Source: a bacterium (GTDB lineage Bacteria; Electryoneota; RPQS01). Taken from it: a stretch of 64,000 bases of DNA. The stretch covers positions 64,315 through 128,314 of the forward strand of contig JADKHW010000003.1 of assembly GCA_016721565.1 (NCBI GenBank), read 5' to 3'. The notes under the pieces were generated by a model. That model saw only the letters and a list, made by a program, of their open reading frames with translations. It was not told the origin of the DNA and ran no database searches. Below are positions 45,271-55,073 of the stretch, one piece after another (the first letter of the stretch is position 1; each line of letters begins with the position of its first letter). Made by a program: the position numbers and the translations under genes.

Positions 45271-46529
45271 AGATCACCTTCGGCCCGGCGAATGTCCGCG
45301 CCGACCCGAGAAAGCTTCTCCTCAAGTTTCTCATAACCACGATCCAAATGATAGACTCGCTTGACTTCCGTTTCACCTTCGGCTGCAAGGCCCGCCAAGA
45401 CCAAACAAACCGATGCACGCAAGTCAGTGGACATTACAGGTGCGCCAGTTAATTTTGGCACGCCTGTCACCACGGCTATGTTGTTGTCCATGTGAATCTG
45501 CGCACCGAGACGGAACAGTTCAGCAACGTGCGTGAAGCGGTCGGCGTAGATTGTGTCTGTGATGTGCGAGACGCCGTCGGCAATTGTCGCAAGGGCCATA
45601 AATGGCGCCTGTAAATCAGTCGGGAAATTCGGATAAACGTCGGTGGTTACGTCAATGGGTCTCAGCTTGCCATGTGAATGTTCAACTGATATCCAATCGG
45701 CGCCGACGCTCACAGTCAACCCAGCTTGGCGAGCTTTCTCGATAACAGCGGTGAGCTGCTGTGGATCGGCGTGTGTGAGCTTGACTTTTCCTTTGGTCAT
45801 ACCGACAGCGCACATGAAGGAACCTGTCTCAATGCGGTCAGGAGACATCACCGCATCAGCGGGCTGAAGCTCTGCGACACCTTGAATGGTCAGATCGCGT
45901 CCACCGATACCTGAAATGCGCGCGCCCATCTTGTTCAAGAACAGAGCAAGCGAGGTGACTTCAGGTTCAAGTGCAACATTTTTCAAAACGGTTGTACCTT
46001 CTGCTCGGACGGCAGCCATCAAGACATTGGCCGATGCTCCGACGCTGGAGATACCAAACTCAAACGTAGCTCCTTTTAGAGGCAAGGCTGACGCAACAAC
46101 GTAACCTTGGTCAAGTGTAAGCGTCGCCCCCAGCGCTTCCATACCCTTCAAATGCAAGTCAACCGGGCGCGGTCCCCATGCGCAGCCTCCGGGCAATGAC
46201 ACACGCGCTTCGCCGTGTCTTCCGAGCAGCGCACCAAGCACATAGAAGCTTGCGCGCATGGTCTTGACAAGATCATACGGCGCTTCAATATGCGATGCAT
46301 GACTGGTGTCAATCAGCAGTTCATGTCCAGACTCGTCAATTTTCGCTCCAAGAATACGCAACAAATTCGACATGGTGCGGACGTCTTTGAGCTGCGGAAC
46401 GTTTGTGAAGCGATAGAAACCGGGGGCAAGGAGCGTGGCTGCAAGTAACGGCAACGTCGCATTTTTCGATCCCGAAATGGGTATCTCTCCTTCGAGCGGT
46501 CGTCCGCCGCGGAGAATTAGGCTATCCAA
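45267..46529 (-). CDS. murA: UDP-N-acetylglucosamine 1-carboxyvinyltransferase
   Basis: 420 aa. The EPSP/MurA fold is conserved throughout, with the active-site Cys region (GGCAWGPRPVDLH). Confidence 0.95.
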   Translation of the reverse strand: MDSLILRGGRPLEGEIPISGSKNATLPLLAATLLAPGFYRFTNVPQLKDVRTMSNLLRILGAKIDESGHELLIDTSHASHIEAPYDLVKTMRASFYVLGALLGRHGEARVSLPGGCAWGPRPVDLHLKGMEALGATLTLDQGYVVASALPLKGATFEFGISSVGASANVLMAAVRAEGTTVLKNVALEPEVTSLALFLNKMGARISGIGGRDLTIQGVAELQPADAVMSPDRIETGSFMCAVGMTKGKVKLTHADPQQLTAVIEKARQAGLTVSVGADWISVEHSHGKLRPIDVTTDVYPNFPTDLQAPFMALATIADGVSHITDTIYADRFTHVAELFRLGAQIHMDNNIAVVTGVPKLTGAPVMSTDLRASVCLVLAGLAAEGETEVKRVYHLDRGYEKLEEKLSRVGADIRRAEGDL

Positions 46530-46530
46530 A

Positions 46531-48231
46531 TTATTCTGCCTGTTCCGACGTAGAGTTGTGAGAGTTTAGGAGTTCGCCCGCGGCAGCAAGGGCGCTACCG
46601 GAGATTTCCGAACCCGCGAGCAATGCGGCAACAGCTTCGGCGCGCTGTGCCGGTAAGAGCATGGCGGCAGTTGTAACTGTGCGATTGCGTGAAGTACTTT
46701 TGGAAACGTGCAAGTGGTGAACGGCACGCGCGGCGATTTGCGGCAAGTGCGTTACCACAATAAGCTGTTGTTCGCGACCGAGTTCGAACAATAAACTGGC
46801 GACTGATGCAGCGACGCGGCCAGAAATACCTAAGTCAATTTCATCGTACACAAGCAGCGGGTAGTGCATTCGTTCGGCAACGACACTCTTGATTGCCAGT
46901 GTCACGCGTGATGACTCGCCGCCGGACGCGACTTCAGTTAATGGCTGAAGAGATTGACCAGCGGATGCTGAAAACATGAATTGAACGTTGTCAGCGCCGC
47001 TGCGCGAGATGTTTGCAACATCTGCCAAATCGAAAGAATCAATTTTGATTTCAAATCCGGGCTTGTTGAACCCCAGAGGTTTGAGTGATTGCTCGACCGC
47101 CATCGCGAACGAGATCGCAGCGGCTTTACGTTTGTTGGACAAAACGCGCGCGGTTACCAACAGAGCTTGATTAGCTTTTTCGAGTGCAGAATCAATTCCG
47201 GCGAGCTTCCGTTCCAATTCGGAAAGCGTGTCCAGCTCACTCTTCATATGCGCGGCCTGCTCAAGAATCTGATTCAAGTCAAGACCGTGTTTGCGACGCA
47301 ACTCGGAAAGCGTTGCCGCACGTTGTCGAAGCTTTTCGAGTTCTTCGGGGTTTACGTCGATGTGCTCGGCATAACGGCTGACTTCTCCACTTACGTCGCG
47401 AAGTCGTGCTGCGAGGTCCGCCAGTTCGGTAGCAATATTAGTAAACTCGTCGTCGATGCGTTTGATGTCTTCAGCAAGCTGACGAGCTTGGCCTGTCAGC
47501 GAAACAGCACAGACATCATCTTGCTCAAGCTTTCCCGCAACTTGGTTTGCAAGGACGATTAGCTTCTCGGATTGCTCAAGTTTCTTAAGCTTAGTGGCGA
47601 TGTCAACGTCCTCGCCTTCGCGAAGGCCGAGCCGTTCAATTTCTTCGAGCTGATAGGCAAGCAGAGACTGCTCTTTGCGGCGATCCTGAACATCACGCAT
47701 GATTTCGTCACGCTCAACCAATAGATCGTGACGGATCTTGTAAGCGGCGGCGACGGCATCTCGTTCATCACCAGATTGTGCGAAGGCATCCAGAAATTCG
47801 AGTTGGCGTGACGACTTGAACACCGACAGACTATCACGCTGGCCATGAAAATCCATCAGCGCATCACCGACGGATTTCAAAAGCTCAATAGTAGCCGGAC
47901 GATCTTGAATGAAACCGCGTGCTCTGCCGCCTTGGCCTAATTCACGACGAACGGACAGAACTTCTGTCGGGCTGTCGCAATATTCTTCACCGATCAGAGC
48001 TTCGAGTTCCTCCGGACTGGACAACCTGAATTCGGCGTCTATAACAGCGCGGTCAGCGCCATCGCGAATCATCTGTTCGCTGAATGTGTCACCAAAAACG
48101 ACGCGTAGCGCACCGAGAATCATGCTCTTGCCCGCACCTGTTTCACCTGTGATTACAGTGAAACCACGATCGAAGGTAAGTTCGATTTCCTCGACGAGCA
48201 GAAAATTGCGAATGTGCAGTCGCGCAAGCAT
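46531..48231 (-). CDS. recN: DNA repair protein RecN
   Basis: 566 aa. Walker A GETGAGKSMIL, long coiled coil, C-terminal signature/Walker B. Confidence 0.95.
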   Translation of the reverse strand: MLARLHIRNFLLVEEIELTFDRGFTVITGETGAGKSMILGALRVVFGDTFSEQMIRDGADRAVIDAEFRLSSPEELEALIGEEYCDSPTEVLSVRRELGQGGRARGFIQDRPATIELLKSVGDALMDFHGQRDSLSVFKSSRQLEFLDAFAQSGDERDAVAAAYKIRHDLLVERDEIMRDVQDRRKEQSLLAYQLEEIERLGLREGEDVDIATKLKKLEQSEKLIVLANQVAGKLEQDDVCAVSLTGQARQLAEDIKRIDDEFTNIATELADLAARLRDVSGEVSRYAEHIDVNPEELEKLRQRAATLSELRRKHGLDLNQILEQAAHMKSELDTLSELERKLAGIDSALEKANQALLVTARVLSNKRKAAAISFAMAVEQSLKPLGFNKPGFEIKIDSFDLADVANISRSGADNVQFMFSASAGQSLQPLTEVASGGESSRVTLAIKSVVAERMHYPLLVYDEIDLGISGRVAASVASLLFELGREQQLIVVTHLPQIAARAVHHLHVSKSTSRNRTVTTAAMLLPAQRAEAVAALLAGSEISGSALAAAGELLNSHNSTSEQAE

Positions 48232-48234
48232 CGT

Positions 48235-50587
48235 TTAGCGGCCTAATACCGCAACCTTGCCGGTTGCAGAGTGACCGTCTCCTGTGGTTGCAACTAAAAG
48301 GTACACACCACCGGCAACGTAATCACCGTCGGCATTCTTTCCATCCCACCCGTTCGTGATCGCTTGCGTCCAGGAAAGTTCGCGCACGAGACGACCTCCC
48401 AGAGTGAACACGCGCAACTGATCGAATCGTCCACCGAGTGCATCAGCATCAAGATAAAGCGATTGCGAGCCATCCGCGTGAAACGGATTCGGATAAGGCG
48501 TTACCGTGTCGAGTGCAGGCTCGCGCGAAACGTACGGCGTCTGCAAGCGCGACAAACCATCCAGTGTGCCAAGCCATACTTCGCCAGTGTGCGGATTCGA
48601 TGTAATCGAGGTTATGCCGTTTGACGCGAGATCGGATGCATAATCAATGCTACTGGAAGTTTGGAAGATGTGAATCCAAGTGAACGAAGGATCAAGGACT
48701 GCTACACCGTTGTCAGTGCCAAACCACTTGTTGTCTTGCGAATCTACGTGAATTGCGTTCACACGATTGCCAATCGGAAGGTCATAAAGGCAAATAAAGC
48801 GCATTGATCCGACACTCGCATTTGGATTCAGACCACCTTGCGAATAATAGGCTCCTCCCGGCGTGCCGACCCAGAGATAATTTTGGTGATCAACAGCAAA
48901 AGTCAGCACTTCGCGGGCAATGTCTTCAAAACACGTCGTTGCAGCATCTTGCAACGCGACCGGGTCGTAGCTTTCCCAAGAATCGTCAGTCGTATCCGTT
49001 AATGTTCTGTTTGGATCACATACGAATGTGTGATTACCGTCGCCGCTTGCTCCGACAAAGAATCGTCCGAATGGATCACCCATGATCTCGCTGATTTCGT
49101 ACGGTCTCGCTATTGCTTCTTCACTTTGCGTACGATAGTAGACCCACGGTTGGTCGCTGTCGCCGTTTTGAATCCAGCCGGGAGTAACCAGCGCAACCGT
49201 CTGCGGAACTGTTGCCAGGCGATTGGAAATCAAAATACTGCCGTCAATATGTTTGCCGACTCTTGTAACACAAAACGTCGGTGAGCCGGGGATACCGTTT
49301 ACACGCGCGCCGCTCGTGTCATATCCGGCAGATTCAACTGGGTTGTAGCGGTGGAATTCCCCATCGCGATAATTAAGAACTCCGCCACCGTCAGAGCCAA
49401 ACCACATTCCGCCGAAGTTATCGGCAGAAGAAGATTTCGGACCAAATAGCCAGAAGTGCCCTGAGGGTGAATCGCTGCGAGTGTAGGCTGTCCATTTTCG
49501 TCAGTGAAATTTAGACACCCATACGGGATCCGCCGGTGCCAGCCCAGAGATTACCAAGCTTGTCATACTCAACACTTTGAACCGTGTTTCCGCCAATTCC
49601 GCGCGGAGCGATCGATGGTGAGAGGCTTACACCGTCATAAAAGCGAATGCCGCCTGCGCGTTCCGTGCGATCTGCAATTCCGACAGCAAGCACCGGATCG
49701 CCGTCCAGTGTAACATTGGCCAAAGCCGAAATTCCCGGCTGGCCGACGCCTGTTGTGATCCACGCTTCGTCTTGCAAACGATAAAGTGTATTCTCGCTGG
49801 CACCGATCATTGCGCTTTGAAATTCAATCACAGACAAAAACGCTTCAGGAGTTGTGATCGGAGTTCCAAAAATGTTGCCGTTGAATGATGCCGTGCGCGT
49901 TTGGGTCGTGACCCACAGCGTCGAATTGCCTTGCACACCCAGACCTAACACATTGTTGGCTGGCAAACCGTTGGCGATGGTGTAATCGGTCCAAGAAGCA
50001 GGCGCAGAAAATTGCTGCGTCGTGAGAGGTGCGCGAGCAAGGCCTGAGACCGTTGCGGCATAGAGATAGCCGTCAAGTGCAACCATGTCATTGACAGCGA
50101 TTCCCGTGGGGAAATTACCCAGTACGCGCACACGTTCACTGACTCGGTAGTTATCGACTATCGAGTAATATGCGAAACGGTAGATGCCATTATTGGCCCC
50201 CAAAAACATTTCCTCCCCGACCTTCACGATCGAGGAGACCTCAAAAATCTCGTCTTGTAAGTCCGAGATAACTTTTGTCTGACCGGTAACGGGATTAAGT
50301 CTCGTTATTCTTCCATCCGGAGCAACAATCCAGATCCAACCTTGCGCGTCGGCGCCTAATCCTACGGTGGCATTCATGGCAAGCCCCCGCGTGTTGTTGT
50401 AGATATCGAAAACACCTGAAGAGGGATCGAAAGCAACAAGGCCACCAGAGGTGCCGAGCCACAAACCGTCCGACGTGACAAGCAAGTCGCGAACGTTTGA
50501 GCCAGAGGTATAGGTTGTCCAGCGAAACGGATTCGCCGTAACGGTGGTAACGTGGATCAGCGCAAGCAGCGCGATTAGCAGCGGCAT
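48235..50587 (-). CDS. Secreted beta-propeller protein of the two-component-regulator-propeller (Reg_prop) type with a T9SS C-terminal sorting domain, split between 49407 and 49511
   Basis: N-terminal piece (49511..50587) with signal peptide MPLLIALLALIHVTTVTA and W-x-GT-x-GGL repeats. C-terminal piece (48235..49407) with further repeats and TVTPYPNPF...GGVYLLVATTGDGHSATGKVAVLGR, a T9SS type-A tail. The pieces are in different frames. Confidence 0.6.
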
Positions 50588-50618
50588 GTCATGCCCTCAT
50601 GATTGACCGAAGAAAAAG

Positions 50619-51089
50619 TTACGAACCTGATGCTTGCTGCTGCTCCCATTGTTTCAATGCGGAAAATAGTTCGAGTGCGGCGCGAGCCGCTTCTTGACCT
50701 TTGTTGCCAACACGCCCGCCGGCTCGCTCGAAAGCTTGCTCAACGGTGTTGGAGGTGATGACACCAAAAGCAACCGGCTTGCCTGTGCTTTCAGCGATGC
50801 GTGACAATCCGTTGGCACAGGATTGACAGATGAAATCGAAATGCGGAGTCTCGCCTCGGACAACTGCGCCGAGGGTGATGATGGCTTCTACAGATAGTCG
50901 CTTGGCTACGCGCGCAGCGGCGGCAGGAAGTTCGAACGCTCCGGGAACTTCAATGACGTCGATTTGTGAGTCGGCGACGCCTTGTTCACGCAGTTCGGTT
51001 AGCGCGCCTGTGAGCAAGGCTCCTGTGATCGTTTCGTGATAACGCGAGCGAATAATCACCACGCGTCCGGCAGGCAAATGCGAAAGCAT
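50619..51089 (-). CDS. ribH: 6,7-dimethyl-8-ribityllumazine synthase
   Basis: 156 aa. VPGAFELP motif; lumazine synthase fold. Confidence 0.9.
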   Translation of the reverse strand: MLSHLPAGRVVIIRSRYHETITGALLTGALTELREQGVADSQIDVIEVPGAFELPAAAARVAKRLSVEAIITLGAVVRGETPHFDFICQSCANGLSRIAESTGKPVAFGVITSNTVEQAFERAGGRVGNKGQEAARAALELFSALKQWEQQQASGS

Positions 51090-51092
51090 ATT

Positions 51093-52016
51093 TTAGGCTG
51101 TGGCCTCCGCGCGTTCGCCCAACAAACTTTGCGCGAATTTCTCAGCGTCAAACACGTCAAAATCGTCGAGTGCTTCACCAAAACCGACGTAACGAATCGG
51201 AATGCTCATCGTCCGCGCGATGGCTAAAGCAACGCCGCCTTTGGCAGTCCCGTCAATCTTAGTAAGGATCAATCCGGTCACCCCTGCTGTCCGTGTGAAC
51301 TCGCGCGCTTGGTTCAATCCGTTTTGACCAGTCGTCGCATCCAACACAAGCAATACTTCATGCGGAGCGCCGGACGATCGCTTATTTAGCACGCGCGAAA
51401 CTTTTTCCAGTTCCTGCATCAAATTGCTCTTATTGTGCAGGCGACCCGCCGTGTCCACAAGCAAAACTTCAACGCCACGGCTTTGCGCGGCTTGCAGAGC
51501 GTCCACCGCGACTGCGGCGCTGTCGCCGTTAGATTCACCAGCAATTACTGTGATGTTACTGCGCTGTCCCCAAATTTGAAGCTGGTCAACTGCTGCGGCA
51601 CGAAATGTATCAGCCGCCGCAAACATCACAGATTTGCCTTGTGTCGTAAGATATTTCCCCAATTTGCCAATGCTCGTCGTCTTGCCTGTGCCGTTTACGC
51701 CGACAATCAGCACGACGTGTGGATTTCCGGGCGGCGGCGGTGTGCCTTCGGCCTCTTTAAGAAGCTTGACGACCTCTTGACGAAGGAGCGAATCTGCGTC
51801 AGCTTCAGGTCCGGCTTTGCGTCCGGCTTCTTGCAGTTGGGCAATCAAATGCTCAGTGGTTTCGAGACCGACGTCCGCAGACAGCAGGACATCTTCAAGC
51901 TCTTGCAGAAGCACTTTGTCCAATTTGCGACCGGGTTTGAATACGGCGGCAAGTTTGTCCGTGATGGCTTCGCGGGTCTTGGTGAGCGCTTGCTTAAGTT
52001 TGTCGAATAGTCCCAT
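51093..52016 (-). CDS. ftsY: Signal recognition particle receptor FtsY
   Basis: 307 aa. NG domain with GVNGTGKTTSIGKL, DTAGR, TKIDGTAKGG. Confidence 0.9.
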   Translation of the reverse strand: MGLFDKLKQALTKTREAITDKLAAVFKPGRKLDKVLLQELEDVLLSADVGLETTEHLIAQLQEAGRKAGPEADADSLLRQEVVKLLKEAEGTPPPPGNPHVVLIVGVNGTGKTTSIGKLGKYLTTQGKSVMFAAADTFRAAAVDQLQIWGQRSNITVIAGESNGDSAAVAVDALQAAQSRGVEVLLVDTAGRLHNKSNLMQELEKVSRVLNKRSSGAPHEVLLVLDATTGQNGLNQAREFTRTAGVTGLILTKIDGTAKGGVALAIARTMSIPIRYVGFGEALDDFDVFDAEKFAQSLLGERAEATA

Positions 52017-52022
52017 AGGGCC

Positions 52023-52886
52023 TTATATTTCGTCCGAGAAATCGGGCGCTGCGCCCCAGTTCAATTTGTCCCGCAAGACTTGATAAAAGTCACGGCGCTG
52101 AATATTTACGAGCTTTGCGGATTGCGGAGATTTGCGCACGAATACCTGTTCACCGATCTCGAGTGACCTCACATGCTCGCCGTCAGCAGTCAAAATTCCT
52201 TTGCCTCTAGAACGAATGGTGACAGTTCGATGATCCGCAATGGCTAAAGGTCGCATGGTCAACGTATGAGGACATATCGGCGTGACGATAATCGCTTGCA
52301 AAGTTGGCTCGATAATCGGACCGCCTGCGGAGAGTGAATAAGCCGTGGAGCCAGTGGGTGAGGCGACGATTAAGCCATCTGCGCGATAGTTCGCAGCGGG
52401 AGTGCCGTCGATAAACACTTGAAAGGCCTGCGTGCGTGAGACTTCATGCTGGCCGATCACAAAATCGTTCAGCGCGTGATAGACTTTGTTGTCATGTTCG
52501 GAGATGGCCTGAATCATCATACGCTCTTCAATAGCGTAGTTGCCCGACAGAATGTCGTTCAATCGCTCATGGAGATTTGAGGATTCAAGATCAGTCAAGT
52601 AACCCAAACCGGGGCCGAGGTTGATACCGAGAATCGGTTTACCAAAGGGGGCAACGGCAGCGGCAGTATGTAGGAGGGTTCCGTCTCCACCAAAACTCAA
52701 AACAATGTCCGCATCGTGACCAAGCGTTGCGTGTGGAGCAAGTTCCGACGGAATTAGCTGAATTGAATCGCGATTCTCATCATCGTAAAGAAACTTGATT
52801 CCCCTTTCGCGCAAGAGCAGTACAAAGCTCGATACGGTTGGTACAAAGCGCGGCTTGGCAGCATTTCCCATGATCCCGAGAATCAC
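52023..52886 (-). CDS. nadK: NAD kinase
   Basis: 287 aa. GGDGTLL and NxGxLGFL-type motifs. Confidence 0.9.
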   Translation of the reverse strand: MILGIMGNAAKPRFVPTVSSFVLLLRERGIKFLYDDENRDSIQLIPSELAPHATLGHDADIVLSFGGDGTLLHTAAAVAPFGKPILGINLGPGLGYLTDLESSNLHERLNDILSGNYAIEERMMIQAISEHDNKVYHALNDFVIGQHEVSRTQAFQVFIDGTPAANYRADGLIVASPTGSTAYSLSAGGPIIEPTLQAIIVTPICPHTLTMRPLAIADHRTVTIRSRGKGILTADGEHVRSLEIGEQVFVRKSPQSAKLVNIQRRDFYQVLRDKLNWGAAPDFSDEI

Positions 52887-52895
52887 GCGCGCATC

Positions 52896-53204
52896 CTACA
52901 CTTCTTCCCCGGAGTTTGCATCATCCGGATTCTTGAGCAATTTCTTCAGCGAAACTTCAGCGGCTTTGAGCTTATGTTGGCAGAATACCGAGAGCTTTTG
53001 CCCCTCCTCAAAGGCCGCGACAGATTCTTCGAGCGAGACCTCTCCGCCTTCGAGTTTTTCGACCAACTCTTGCAGGCGTTCAAGAGCTTCTTCGAAGTTC
53101 TTGGGTTCTACGAACTCAGATTTTGCGGGTTTGGGTTTAGCGGTCATCGAAGAGGTCGGGAATATCGGAATTCTGTACGCGCGCGGCGAGGCTATCTTCA
53201 GCAA
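52896..53204 (-). CDS. xseB: Exodeoxyribonuclease VII small subunit
   Basis: FEEALERLQELVEKLEGGEVSLEESVAAFEEGQKL. The true start is probably the internal MTAKPK, which avoids overlap with xseA. Confidence 0.8.
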   Translation of the reverse strand: MLKIASPRAYRIPIFPTSSMTAKPKPAKSEFVEPKNFEEALERLQELVEKLEGGEVSLEESVAAFEEGQKLSVFCQHKLKAAEVSLKKLLKNPDDANSGEEV

Positions 53205-54414
53205 GCTCTATGGAAAGCAATTCGCCGGTTTTGGTTTCGGAAGATGAACGTAGCGCGAGGCCTTTGGGGCCGCGCACGATGGCATAACCGCGTTGAAGCA
53301 CCCTGTGCGGTGAAACGGCGTTCAACAATTCTACCAGATGATTGAAATTCTGCTGACCGGATTCGCGTACACCAATGGCACTTTCGCGCAATCGCTCGTT
53401 CAAATCATCCAGCCGCTGCGCTACTGTGTTAGCAAGCTGCTGCGGCTGTTTCAAGGCCCAGTGCGAGGTGAGCAATCGGAGCTGTTGCTTCAAGTATGCG
53501 ACGCGATCAACGGTCATACGCGACAGACGGCGTTCGAGTTGATGCAATCGGCGAGTGATCTCTTCACCGTCCGGTAGCACAAGCTCCATGGCGGCTGATG
53601 GAGTAGGTGCGCGCAGATCGGCAACAAAATCTGCAATCGTAAAATCTATTTCATGCCCGACTGCCGAGACGATCGGGATCTTACTGGCAAAGATTGCGCG
53701 AGCTACAACTTCTTCATTGAAGGCCCACAAATCTTCAAGCGATCCTCCACCCCGCCCAACGATGACAACATCAACGTTGCCTTCGTGCGAGAATTGATTG
53801 ACCGCTTCGGCAATCTCTTCGGCCGCGCCTTTACCTTGCACACGAACGGGTTTCAAAATCAACTGTGCAAGCGGCCACCGGCGAGCGGCGATATTTTGAA
53901 TATCATGCAAGGCAGCGCCCGTACCAGATGTCACCAAACCAATTCGTTCGGGAAAACTTGGCAGTGATCGTTTCCGCGCCGTGTCAAACAGGCCTTCTTT
54001 TTCGAGCTTGCGCTTGAGTTCTTCAAAGGCCTTTTGCAACTCACCTTCGCCGGACAAGCGCACCTCATACACGATGAGCTGATACTTGCCTTGCGGCTCA
54101 TAGACTTCGAGTTGTCCAAATGCTTGCACGAGCAAGCCGTCACGCGGCGTGAACTTGAGACCCTTGCTATACATGCGCCACATGGCACAAGAGAGTTGAG
54201 CCGTTGCGTCTTTCAGCGTGAAGTAGTGGTGTCCACTTCCGTGGAGTTTATAACCTGACAACTCACCCTCAATCCACAACGGTTCAAAGCGGTCGCGGAA
54301 CAACCGTTTGATTTCGCGCGTGACCTCAGCCACAGTCATGCTGCGGCCGGAATCAACGGATTTAGGTGTGTCAGTAGTCTCGAATTCCACAGAAAGGGAA
54401 AAGCCCACAAACAC
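53137..54414 (-). CDS. xseA: Exodeoxyribonuclease VII large subunit
   Basis: 425 aa. OB-fold N-terminus, catalytic core with GRGGGS...VGHEID. The real start is likely the internal MTVAEV near 54339. Confidence 0.85.
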   Translation of the reverse strand: MFVGFSLSVEFETTDTPKSVDSGRSMTVAEVTREIKRLFRDRFEPLWIEGELSGYKLHGSGHHYFTLKDATAQLSCAMWRMYSKGLKFTPRDGLLVQAFGQLEVYEPQGKYQLIVYEVRLSGEGELQKAFEELKRKLEKEGLFDTARKRSLPSFPERIGLVTSGTGAALHDIQNIAARRWPLAQLILKPVRVQGKGAAEEIAEAVNQFSHEGNVDVVIVGRGGGSLEDLWAFNEEVVARAIFASKIPIVSAVGHEIDFTIADFVADLRAPTPSAAMELVLPDGEEITRRLHQLERRLSRMTVDRVAYLKQQLRLLTSHWALKQPQQLANTVAQRLDDLNERLRESAIGVRESGQQNFNHLVELLNAVSPHRVLQRGYAIVRGPKGLALRSSSETKTGELLSIELAEDSLAARVQNSDIPDLFDDR

Positions 54415-54490
54415 GGCGGGGCCTCACAATGAAGGCCCGCTACCGTAAACAACTTGCAGGCTAAGGCCGTGCGGTTCACCCGCACGACCC

Positions 54491-54586
54491 TTAGCGCAGT
54501 TTCTTTTTATGACGATTCTTGCGAAGTCTTTTCTTGCGCTTATGCGTCGACATTTTGTGACGCTTACGCTTCTTACCACAGGGCAA
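54491..54586 (-). CDS. Tiny highly basic ORF (31 aa from a TTG start, or 20 aa from the ATG at 54553) resembling ribosomal protein bS22
   Basis: Hand translation gives (M)PCGKKRKRHKMSTHKRKKRLRKNRHKKKLR*. The spacing of its K/R runs matches bS22 as I remember it. It is below the 60-aa ORF-track cutoff. Location: between xseA and the HU gene. Confidence 0.45.
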   Translation of the reverse strand: MPCGKKRKRHKMSTHKRKKRLRKNRHKKKLR

Positions 54587-54730
54587 GGGTTTCTCCGTTT
54601 CTACCGCGGCAGGTGCTTTGGCTTGGGGTTAGGGTGAATTATGGAAATGAAAAGGAAATCTATTGAATTGAGCGCTCGCAACAAACACGTTTGCAAGCAT
54701 GCCCAGCACGCTGGGCGCTACACATGCACT

Positions 54731-55021
54731 TTATTCTTGAAGCATGCGCTCGCGAAATTCGTCGGCAGGAACAAAGACGGCGGCAGTGCGATCGGGGATT
54801 TGTACTTCGTGCAAGCCATCGGGCGTGCGGACGTTTCGGCCTTTGCGCTGGACGGGTTTCCAGACGCCAAAACGGCGCAATTCGACGCGATCACCGTTAG
54901 AAACGGCCTCCATAACAAGGGCCAAAAAGCCGTCAACGACGGCTTGGGTTTCGATTCTGGTCAGACCGATGCCATCGGCAAGCTTGTCCACCAGCTCCTG
55001 TTTGGTCACGGTGCGGCCCAC
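54731..55021 (-). CDS. hup: Nucleoid protein HU (HU/IHF family)
   Basis: 96 aa. GFGxF-type arm RRFGVWKPVQRKGRNVRTP. Confidence 0.9.
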   Translation of the reverse strand: MGRTVTKQELVDKLADGIGLTRIETQAVVDGFLALVMEAVSNGDRVELRRFGVWKPVQRKGRNVRTPDGLHEVQIPDRTAAVFVPADEFRERMLQE

Positions 55022-55073
55022 AACACATCTCCGTCAAGAAGTGAACATCGGAACATCGCGCAAGAAACAGTCG

